From positions 14,446,001 through 14,510,000 of the forward strand of contig NW_026262637.1 in assembly GCF_021869535.1 (NCBI RefSeq): 64,000 nucleotides of DNA, written 5' to 3'. The position numbers and the translations under genes were made by a program. This DNA is from Mytilus californianus (Eukaryota). Below, piece after piece: positions 9,041 to 21,000 of the stretch; within the stretch, counting starts at the first letter, position 1, and each line of letters opens with the position of its first letter. The notes beneath the pieces were generated by a model that saw only the letters and a list, made by a program, of their open reading frames with translations, searched no databases and was not told where the DNA came from.

Positions 9041-12000
9041 ATGTTGCACGTAACAACAGAAATTGGAAGACCGGGAAAGAAAGGTAAAAATAATATTTAA
9101 TCAGCTGATCCAGTTGAATAATTTTCCTCCAGGTAAAAAGATAATTAACAAATAAGCTTCATTAAGAGTGGACATGGTTAACAAAACAAGGACGTAACAT
9201 CAGCTCTATTGAGCTTTTTACCGACATATCAGCCTCGGCGAGATGCGGATCCACGATTTTGAAAAAAGGGGGGGGGGGGGGGGGGGGGGGGCAAACTAGG
9301 CAACATTAGGAGTGTTAAAGAGTAAAAAGTCTACTCATTAACCATATATGTAGCTCCATAAGAGGGACATGGACCCCTTGCTCCCCTTAATCCACCTCTG
9401 TTATAGCAAGTGAGGGAAATTTCATATGAATTTGCTCAAATTTTTTAACATGTTGATTAAATTAGAAACCCGACATGGCTTAACATGGTTTTACATGAAA
9501 TTTGACACTAGTCGCATATTTCTGAGGGTATTTAGTTTTATGGGACAAACTTATCTGTTTTGGGATTCTGTGTTGGGATCTATTTTCTGACTTGGCCGCC
9601 AACTGAGTGAATCAGCAAATTGCTCCTGACAAGGATCTCAAGAAATATGGGCACAAACTCTTTTCAGATCCCACAATGTAACACGACAACAAGGAAAGAG
9701 TCATTCTACCCGAGGACCATCAGGAATTGGAATGCCTTACCCTCCTCAGTTACATCTGTCAGCAGCCTTGAATCGTTCAAGAGGCTCCTGACAAACTAAT
9801 AAATCAAAAGCCCTTGTTTTTAATCCCCACTGTTAAATATTTGTATAGCACCTTTTTTGTTTGTTACTTTAATCAAAATTATATTTGCGCACACCCAAAA
9901 GTGACAGAATAGTCAACATGATGACGGTGGTCACTAACTGGTAGAAGTAGAAGTAGAAGAATCTCAGTCAGGATTAATGTCAAACAACCTATTTTCACTA
10001 CAATTAGCTTCAAATTATCACCCAAAATATTATTATCATCATTCAACGAATTATTATTTTAGTAACTGTTTGTTTTAAAGGGGTAAACTATTTTTCGTTG
10101 ATGTTATTTCAAGCAAAACTAATGTTGTCACTCTTATCACATGGCAAATGGGGAACCCCAGTATTACCCTCATTTCTTGTCTAATATTACATTTAACATG
10201 TTTATGAGTAGAAAATTTTATTCAGAAAACACTGGATATAATAAAATTCAGAATGGAAATGGGGAATATGTCAAAGAGACAATAACCCGACCAAAGAGCA
10301 GAAAACAGCCGAAGGCCACCAATGAGTCTTCAACACAGCGAGAAAATCCCGCTGGCCCCTAAATAAAAATGTGTACTAGCTCAGTGAAAATGGACGTCAT
10401 ACTAAACTCCAAAACATATAAATGAACTAAAATTAAAAACACATACAAGACTAACAAGGGCCAGAGGGAAGGGATTGAATAAATAATGATATGTACATTG
10501 TATATAAATTATAATATATGTGAAGTTAACTGGTAATCACAAACAGTGGAAAAGATCTTAAAAATCTATTTTTTTATTGCAGAACGTGAAAAGCGACACT
10601 ATCCACAGCTACAGAATGTTTGTACTGATTATGGACCATATAAACCCAGAGGCAGACGATATATACCTCATGGATATGGATTCTACGATGAATGGACACC
10701 ACATAACCAGAACATACAAGTTCAATATTCAGAGTAAGTTATATCTTGCACCATGTAAGCAAACCAACAAAGTTACAAAAAGGCAATTAGGTTTTTTTAC
10801 TGCAGATTTTTTACACAATTTAAATGTGTATTTTACTACAGCATTTACATACATGTACAAGTACCATGTACAACATTTATAATAATATACATGTATATGG
10901 ATATCAAAGTCTTGTCTTAGAAGATACATGTAATCTGATCAGTGTTCTAGTCAGGATTTGAAAAGGGCAGGGTGCTAGTCAGAAAAAGGGCAATTTTACG
11001 TGTAAATGTCATTGAAAAAAGGGCAATTATTTAAGCCTCATAATTTATTAGCATACGTCATAAAATACATATGTACATAACATTACAAACAAAATACTCT
11101 ATATAACTCAGGCATTATTGTAAAATCAAGTTTCAGTTAAAATGGAGTAATAAAATTCAATACTTTTGGCACAATTTTCTGTTTGACTTTAAAAAACTTT
11201 GTTACAACATTGTCTAAAATTGAACAGAACATGTCATTATGACAGTTAATTTTGATATGTAGCAAGTTCTCAAGTGTTGATTGCTTGAGCCTATTTCTAT
11301 GATCACATTTGATCAGCTTTACTTGAGAAAACACTCTCTCAACCTCAGCTGTGCTCAGTGGCAAAACTGCTGCCACACTCATAAGTTTCAAAATTTTTAG
11401 ATAGAGCTCAGTCAATCCTAGTGTTTCATTCATGAGCACAGTTATGCACTTCTGGATTGATCTGAGCTCAGCTGAAGTGTCCCCAATAAAGGAAATGAAA
11501 GATGTCCATTCATGCATGTCATGGACAAGATTGTCACTGTCTATTTTAAAGTGGTCAGGCAGATCCATCATCTCAGTAAGACCATATGTGCAGGGAATTT
11601 CTTCAAACAAGGTCAGGTCAATATCTTTCATTTTTTTTTAATTTGGTGGAGTTTAGTTAAGCGACGTAAAACATTTCAAAATGATAAAAATAATTTCCAC
11701 TTACATAGTAAAGAATGATGTCAAAGTTTTATTTTCGCTAGCATTCTTTTTGGTTTCATCTTTCAGGCGTCTATCTCGAGTCGACATTGTGAAAATAATG
11801 ATTTAAAATTTATTTGGACTTAATTAAGTTCTCAGTTTAATTCTAATCACGAAATCGATCGATAGTCAAGGTTAACACTTTTTATGCAAATTTTTATGCT
11901 AATTAGTTATAGGTGGCACATTGCGCATTGTCAACAAGGAAGAAAAATGGCAACGAACATTTCGACAAAACTCATCCCAGAAAAAGCAAATTTCATAATA

Positions 12001-15000
12001 AAAACGACAGGGCACCCGAGAAACAGCAGAAAAAAGGCACGGGCGTCAATAAAAAAGGGCGGGCGCTGCGCCCTGTTCAAACTTTGTAGCTAGAACACTG
12101 CTGGTAATGTTTTGGACATCAGTAGTCTTGTCCTAGGAGAAACATGTAATCTGATAGTGTTTTGGACATCAGCAGTCTTGTCCTAGGAGATACATGTAAT
12201 CTGATAGTGTTTTGGACATCAGTAGTCTTGTCCTAGGAGATACATGTAATCTGATAGTGTTTTGGACATCAGTGGTCTTGTCCTAGGAGATACATGTAAT
12301 CTGATAGTGTTTTGGACATCAGTGGTCTTGTCCTAGGAGATACATGTAATCTGATAGTGTTTTGAACATCAGTAGTCTTGTCGTAGGAGATACATGTAAT
12401 CTGATAGTGTTTTGGACATCAGTAAACTACTGTACCTGTACATACATGTAGTATATTTATTTCAGACAGATTTTTTCCTTCATGGTCTTTTTTAATTTTC
12501 TGGTTCAAAACATCTTAATATAATGTACCTGTTACATCTGGATGATTAACCCTATGTTACTTGTACTTCAATAAAACTTAAAAAATAAAAATTTAACTAG
12601 CATCTTAATTTTTAATGTGGTCTTTTCAAATTGAAAAAGAATTCAATAATGTTAAACTTTTCATCTGATAATATTTTTATGATTATCTGATTAAAATTCC
12701 AGTTTCATTATACACACATTTTTTCATGAATTATTTAAATTAAATGCAGTTAGGAATAACATAAAACATGATAGCTAGGAAATGTATGTAAACAGATAGT
12801 GTTGCATACTATTTTATAAATTAATATTTAATAAAGGAATTGATACATGTCATGTATTGAAGTTCATTAAATTTGAATATGGAATAGCTAGTGTGTATAC
12901 TACACATGATTTCATGCTGTTGGCTTGTAAGTTATTGATTGCCAATAGAAAATAATCTTATGTTTTATTTATCACGAACAGAGCTGGTCCAGATTGGTCT
13001 TCCAAACTGAAGTATATAGATCATCCTCAGAACCCAAAATACCCAGCAGCAGAGATCTTCCCTGAGAACTGGAAAGCTATGAGGCCATACCCATGTAAGT
13101 ACTTAGTGGTCTTTTTGAACTGTAATGATTAAGCCAAGTGTGTGTAATTATTCAGCTTTGAGGGGTGAAGCTGCATATACATGTACTGTCTGTTTTGATT
13201 TTTGAAGGTTGTTGTTCTGATACATGTATATAACATGTTTAAATGAATAATTTACAATCAATGAATGGTATTTACTAATGATTCTGCAATGATTCTTATA
13301 TTGCATGTCAGTCAGTCAGCACTGTGTCAGTACAGGGTTCTCACTAGGAATTTTTCATGGTGAGTCCTGGGACTCATCACTTTTAGAAATGGTGAGTCCC
13401 AATAGATTTTGATGAGTCCAGGATGCATGTAATTTTTTGTGTCTTAATATAATGAAATATGACGAAATAAAACTAATACAATGCATGTTGGATTGGTAGC
13501 TTTTATTATATCAATAAAATTTATGATCTCTTTACTTAATAGTTATTGTTCATTACAACATATATGTAATAACAGACTTCTTTCTATGTCTATCAATTCT
13601 TGGTGTAGTGGATCATTGACTCTTGGTCTTTTACTTGGAACTGATGATTCAATGTCATCAGGTTTCCTTTTGAAGAAGGACTTTAACTTTGAACTTGACT
13701 GACTCATTGTGATACTGATGTCATTTTGTTAGACAAGCTAGTACCCAGTTAATTATTATTAATTAATTTTAATTATATTTGATAATTGAGTTACATGTAA
13801 TAATCATTTTGATGTTTGCATCATTATAATTATTATAGTCTTTAATAAAAACAAGCAAATCTAAAGTGAACACTGTTCATAATAATGAGTTTGGCTTTAA
13901 TCATTTTTTAATCCGATCTGTTTCAATTTCAATACATTTTTATACGACCGCAAAAAAATTTTGCGGTCGTATATTGGTATGACGTTGGCGTCGTCGTCGT
14001 CCGAAGACACATTGGTTTTCGCACTCTAACTTTAGTTTAAGTGAATGGATCTCTATGAAATTTTACCATAAGGTTCAATACCACAAAAGGAAGGTTGGGA
14101 TTGATTTTGGGGGTTATGGTACCAACAGTTAAGGAATTAGGGGCCAAAAAGGGGCCAAAAATAAGCATTTTTGTAACTTCCAGACATAACTTGTGTGTTA
14201 GTGTATGGATCTCTCTGACATTGTACCACAAGGTTCCATATCACACAGGGAATGCTGGGATTAATTTTGGGGGTAATTGCCTCAAAATATTAGGAATTAG
14301 GGGCCAAAAAAGGGGCAAAAAACATTTTTTTAGTTTCATGACAATAACTTGTGTGTAAGTGTATGGATCTTTCTGAAATTGTACTACAAGGTTCCATATC
14401 ACAAAGGGAAAGCTGGAATTGAGTTTGGGGGTAATTGCCTAAAACGTTTAGGAATAAGGGGCCAAAAAGGGGCCAAAAATAAGCATTTTTCTAGTTTCCA
14501 GACAATAACTTGTGTTCAAGTGTATGGATCTCTCTGAAATTGTACCACAAGGTTCCATATCACACAGGGAATGCTGGGATTGATTTTGGGGGTAATTGCC
14601 TCAAAATATTAGGAATTAGGGGCCCAAAAAGGGGCAAAAAACAAGCATTTTTCTAGTTTCAAGATAATAACTTGTGTGTAAGTGTATGGATCTTTTAAAT
14701 TGTACTACAAGGTTCCATATCACAAACGGAAAGCTGGAATTGAGTTTGGGGGTAATTGCCCAAAACGTTTAGGAATAAGGGGCAAAAAAGGGGCCAAAAA
14801 TAAGCATTTTTCTAGTTTCCAGACAATAACTTGTGTTCAAGTGTATGGATCTCTCTGAAATTGTACTGCAAGGTACCATACCACAAAGGGAAAGATGAAT
14901 CATAAGGGGGTTCAAAAAATTTGGGGGGGGGGGGGGGGGGTTTTTTCCTTTTTTTTTTCTTTTAAAATTTTCCATTTTAAGTTGGTTATTTCTGTTTTAT

Positions 15001-18000
15001 ATTTAAAAGCAAATAATAATGATATGGTAGGAGATACACACCAAACAGGATGTGTAAATTATTATAAAATAAGTATTGTGCAATAGCAAGAAATTTTCAA
15101 TTGCACAGTATTGCACAATAGCAAGAAATCTTCAATTGCACAGTATTGCGCAATAGCAAGAAATCTTCAATTGCACAGTATTGTGCAATAGCAAGAAATA
15201 TCCAATAGCACAATATTGCGCAATAGCAAGAAATTGTCAATTGTACAGTATTGCGCAATAGCAAGAAATATTCAATTGCACAGTATTGCGCAAAAGAAGA
15301 TACTTCGTATAAATTGCATATTTCTTGACCAATTTCAATGGGGTTTTATTCTTGAATTCTTGGGGTTCTTTAATATGCTGATTCTAACCGTGTATTAAGT
15401 TTTTGGATTTTGGGCCCCGTTTTTAAATTGGTCCACATTGAGGTCCAAAGGGTCCAAAATTTAACTTTGTTTGATTTCATCAAAAATTGAATTATTGGGG
15501 TTCTTTGATATGCCGAATCTAACCGTGTATTTAGACTCTTAATTTTTGGTTCTGTTTTCAAATTGGTCTACATTAAGGTCCAAAGGGTCCAAAATTAAAC
15601 TTAGTTTGATTTTAACAAAAATTTAATTCTTAGGGTTCTTTGATATGCTGAATCTAAACATGTATTTAAATTTTTGATTATGGGCCCAGTTTTCAAGTTT
15701 GTCCAAATCGGGGTCCAAAATTAAACTTTGTTTGATTTCAACAAAAATTGAATATATGGGGTTCTTTGATATGCTGAATCTAACCATGTATTTAGATTTT
15801 TGATTTTTGGGCCCCATTATCAACTTTGTCCACATTGAGGTCAAAAGGGTCCAAAATTAAACTTTGTTTGATTTCATCAAAAATTGAATTCTTGGGGTTC
15901 TTTGATATGCTGAATCTAACCATGTATTTAGATTTTGGATATTGGACCATAATAGTTGAATGTCCAATTTAAAATTTTTAAGTTCTTAGACCACATTCAT
16001 TCTGTGTCAGAAACCTATGCTGTGTCAAATATTTAATCACAATCCAAATTCAGAGCTGTATCAAGCTTGAATGTTGTGTCCATACTTGCCCCAACTGTTC
16101 AGGGTTCGACCTCTGCGGTCGTATCAAGCTGCGCCCTGCGGAGCATTTTATTCACCTTTGTTTACGATCGCGATGTTCAAAATGCACAATACGAGAAAAT
16201 GTTATTTGAAGACCAGTAAAATTATTTTTAACCGTAAAATTTTATATCTGCAGTGCTCTATTTTATGCATAGTAGCAACAGTTATGAAATATTATATCAT
16301 TTCATTTCAAATTCTCAAACAAAATTTACTTTTTTGTTTCAATCCATATGTACGTGATGTTCAACACGTGGAAATATTCACGCTTTTCAAATACTCGTAA
16401 AATTTTTAAAAATCAGTGACTATTTCATATTTATTAATTAGTTTGAACAGAATTATTATATTTAAGGATGAAATATGTTTAATTTTTAAAATAGTTATCA
16501 GTCAAGAAAAATATTGATCTACGCATCACATAAATTTTTCAACATAGACTACGGTTTAGTTTCGTGTCAAAACAATGTCGACAATCATGAATCTTCCAGG
16601 CAAACCGATGTGTTTGGGACTCAGGGGATACAATAAGGACGCGTCCCAGGGACTCACAGGTTTCCAAAATGATGCGTCTAGGACGCGTATACACGTCTTA
16701 ACGAGAACCCTGTCATTATGTCTATTAAATTCCATTATCTGTGCCATCTGCAAGCTGCAGTAAAGTGTACTGGTGCAAGATCAAGGATTCAGCAGAGAAT
16801 ATTATATCCTCAAACAGTAATAAGATTGAGTCTGTTGTTATGAACATGATTAACTACATGCAAGAGATCACTGTTAGCTATAGACAGCAACCAAACAACA
16901 CAAAGTAAACATATGTATGTGTAGATCTTTAGAATTTAGATTCATATTTATTGTACTAAGTACTGGGGATTCATTTTCTTCTTTGGGTACTGATTTTATT
17001 ATTTTCCTGGATTGTAGAAAATTGTCTTTTCACAGATATGTAATTTTATGGTTGCATCAGAAATCTGCAAACAAGCCATTAGACAATCTATTTAAATTCT
17101 TGGTTTACCTGTACCTATAAAATTGATCCCCAAGAATATCAATGAATCCACAGTACACATAAAATGTCTTGTTTACTAATGAATAAAAGGAGTGTGTCAA
17201 TGAGACAGCAACCTAAAAGCACAATAAACAAAAATACTTAGAGATCACCATACGGTCTTCATCAAGCTCTAAATTGCACAGGGTCTAAACAAGTTGTTGT
17301 ATATTACTACATATCTTATAGTTATAGCCGCTTCTCTGTTGATGTAATGAATGAATGATTCTGTTTATTTCAGTTACTTATAGGAGGTCAGATAATGAGT
17401 GGTTATTAGACCCTGGACTGTCCAATAAAGGAATGAAATGTACATTTAATGGTGTTCATAGAGCAACTGATACTTCTTCTGATGAAATAACACATAGAAT
17501 GTTATATGGAAGAGGCAGAAGGGGTAATTCTAATGGATAATGTAGCTTAAGTTGAAATTAAAGTTTGTTTGACACTCGAAAGGGGTAATATTGTTGAAAA
17601 ATTAAGCTGTACCAGGTTTGGATACATAGTAAAATATGCTAAAAAGATGTTATAAATTGTGAAAAAAATGGACCAAAACTGACTTACAACATATAATACA
17701 AATAATGATTAATTAAAGGTCATAACTTAGAAATTTTTAATGAAAATATTGTTTTAAAAGTAATATAACAACAATTTTTTGTGAAATTTATAGTATTTTG
17801 ACCTGATTATAAAAAAATCAAAATTGCTGTTTTAGTCATTTGTAATTAGAGAGAAAAAAAATATCAGACAACTTTTTATGATTGGAATGAGAATTTATGT
17901 TTTGAAAAAAATTGAATGTCTGAAAAACTTGAGTGATAATTTTTTTATGTACATTCTTTTACTACATGGTACTTAATATTTTAAAGGAAAGTATATCAGT

Positions 18001-21000
18001 AAAATACCAACTTCTTGGGAAAATATTTAAATCTTGTGTTTATTTTTTATTTACAGAAGTAACCATAGATAAGAGGAATGGTTTATCCTATGCCTCTGAG
18101 GGAGACAAGAATTATCAGGCTCCAGAATATAGTTCTGGCTTCCATAGAGTGGGATCTTCACTTCCACTCGCTCAGTTCGGGTAATTATTTATTGATATGT
18201 TTTATCCTAGTGTTATACAAGTATTTCCAAGTAAATTTTAAATTCAGAAGAAGATGATTCTTTTTGGTCTTAATGATGATTTCAATGTGGATAATAAACA
18301 AATCGGTGAAAACAATAAAATGTTTATGTTAAAAGAATTAATGTGTAAGAAGGGAGATAACTTGAATTATTCTATAAATTTTATTTTTGCAGCACTGTCA
18401 GGTAGTTACATTCTGTCAATTAACATACATTTGTTTGTGTCTGTGTGTTGTAACATAAGTAATCCCAGTTATTGTCCTTTTGTAGAACCAAAAAATGATA
18501 TATTTCCCTTGTCTAATGAAACCACAATATTATAAATGTCTAATGACATAAATTATAAAATAGGCACTTGGTCACCTCACTTAAAATCGGTTCAGTTAAT
18601 CAAATAAATTATCTCTTATTTAAAGCATAATTAAATTTTATTGAGAATGTTTTCAGTTCAAAATTCTTTGCTTAAACATTCATGGCAGTATTACTTAATT
18701 TTTTAACCCCAATATACAATGTATATTGCCAGTGGCTAAACCGATGACAAAAAACAATAGAAAATTCACTCTCCATATGATAAACTCTGAACGTCAATCC
18801 TACATTTGAAAGAATTATTTGTTAAACTCACTTTACAAGAAATATACATGCAAAGACACTATGTTTTATATAAAAATAAGTATGATTGCCAATGAGACAA
18901 CTATCCACCAAAGTTCAAATGAAGTGGATGTAAGCAATTATAAGCAACCATACAGCCTTCAACAATGAGAAAAACCCATACTGTATAGTCGGCTATAAAA
19001 GGTCCTGACAGGAAAAATATGAAACAATTCAATAGAGAAAACTAACGGCCTAATTTAAAACAAAACAATTTATGAAAAACAAATATGACAGACATGAACC
19101 AACGACAACCACTGAACTACAGGCTTGGGACAGACACATACAGAATGTGGCAGGGTTAAACTAGATTGCTGGGGCCAAACCCTCCCCCTAACCTGGGACA
19201 GTGGTGTAACAGTATAACATAAGAAAAAACTATAAAAATCAGTTGAAAAGGACTTAGCTCATCAGATCCATACAAAGCAGAAAACATCTACCGGTAACAA
19301 AAACACATCCCACAACAAAAAAGACACTGAGTAAAGACTGTTTTATTATTTATAGAGATAAATGCACTAAAAGCTTTAACTGAAATTTAAAAAATGTTAA
19401 TCTTTGCTGCATATTGATAAAAAAAAAATGGAAAAAATCCTGTATATATACAAAATCTAAAAATCTTTAAGGTAAAAAAATAATTTTGGAATGTTCCATA
19501 TAGTCCTAAGCATGTTACAATTTCCCAAAATATACCTATTTTTCACATCTTAAGTTTTCAAGTACACTGTTCTGCTCTTGTCACATGATCTTTCAATATA
19601 GAAATGTTGTCTTTTTATAAATATTACAATTTAGATATCAAGTCTGTGCAGGTTGAAAAATAGAAATAAATATTTTTTTTAAAGTAGGTTTTCCTTTTAA
19701 GGATTTTTACTATTTTTTATACATTTTTAAGTAAAGGTCGTCTTGATATCTGTGCATGTATTTGCGGTTTTCTCGATATTCACATTCAATGTTTACATCA
19801 GGATAAAGTTTGTTTGAATTTGCTTAGTAACTTTATTTCAAAATTGTTAATCTTTGCTGCATATCAGTCAATTCCTTTGAATTTTTTCCCTGAACTTCTC
19901 TGATCTAGCTGCATATATATACAGATATTTGGCATGTTCCAGAGAGGTATACAGCCAGTACAAAAATAAATTGAAGTCGGTACTCCAGGAATTTATTTGC
20001 ATAGCAACATTTTAAACCAGTTTTACATCAAGCTTCTATAGCCTGCTGTATTCTTCGTTTGTTATTAACAGAACGTTTTTTCTTGTGAATTTATAATTAA
20101 TAGCGTCCTTGCTAAAACGAGACAAACATCGAAAAGATCAAGAATTCTGTGTTCACAGGGGAGGTAATATTTTGTCACTAGATTTCCCACTTTTGCTATT
20201 TAGTACCCATATTTTAAAGGGTTTGAATTTGTGGCTTTTAACTGACAACCTCCTGCCCCTACAAAAAAGGGAAATTAACAAAAAGCATTTTTAGATCACC
20301 TGACCTAAATGGCCAGGCCTAAAAGGCCAAGTGATCTGTTCTCATCACTTGGCGTCTGTCGTCGATAACTTTTATAAAAATCTTCTCCTCTGAAAATACT
20401 GGGCCAAATTTAACCAAACTTGGTCAAATTCATCAGAAGGGTATCTAGTTTAAAAAATGTATCCCATGACTAGCCTGCCAACCAACATGGCTGGCATGGC
20501 TAAAAATAGAACATAGGGTAAAATGCATGTTTGGTCTATTATCTTGTAAACCCCTATGAATTGAGAAAATCTGTCGGAGCAAAAATGTTTAGAATGATGA
20601 GATCTGCATATTGGCTATTTACTTCAAAACTGTCAGACAATTTCTTAAAGGAGTTACAGCCCTTGAATGACGAATTTCACTGATTTGTTTTTTAAAGTTT
20701 GCCTTATATCTAAAAAACTATAACAGATAGAGAGAAACTGTATGTACCAAAAATGATCAACAAAACAAGATCTACAAATAAGTCCAATGGTCGAAATCGT
20801 CAGACGACTCCTTATTGGAGTTGATGCCCTTCAATTTTTTTTCGTTTTTGCCAAATATCTGAAAATTTGGAGTTAATGCCCTTTGATAATGATTTTTACT
20901 ATTTTTGCCTAATATTTGAAAAACTATAATAGATAGATAGAAATCTAAATTAGGAAAATGATCAGCAAGACTTGATCTACTAAAAAGTCAAATAGCTAAA

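Larger units (their letters stand above)
13938..16147 (+). mobile_element. Helentron-associated (HINE-like) non-autonomous element with internal satellite arrays
   Basis: 5' hairpin TATACGACCGC...GCGGTCGTATA, (CGT)n, 3' subTIR GCGGTCGTAT at 16115-16124, terminal hairpin TGCGCCCTGCGGAGCA and T-rich flanks. Confidence 0.8.
13333..16712 (-). mobile_element. Internally deleted hAT-like element carrying a nested HINE
   Basis: TIR CAGGGTTCTC / GAGAACCCTG; near-TSD TGTCAGTA / TGTCATTA (overlapping the right end by 2 nt); repeated subterminal GAGTCC/GGACTC motifs; a transposase-like N-terminus MSQSSSKLKSFFKRKP starts at ATG 13707 on the minus strand. Confidence 0.65.

Noticed and set aside
12105-12424. 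Regular 50-bp array as CRISPR
   Set aside because: Units are fully tandem with no unique spacers; this is a minisatellite.
19240-19265. CTGATGAG on the minus strand as another hammerhead
   Set aside because: No GAAA follows a helix II, so no complete core can be built.
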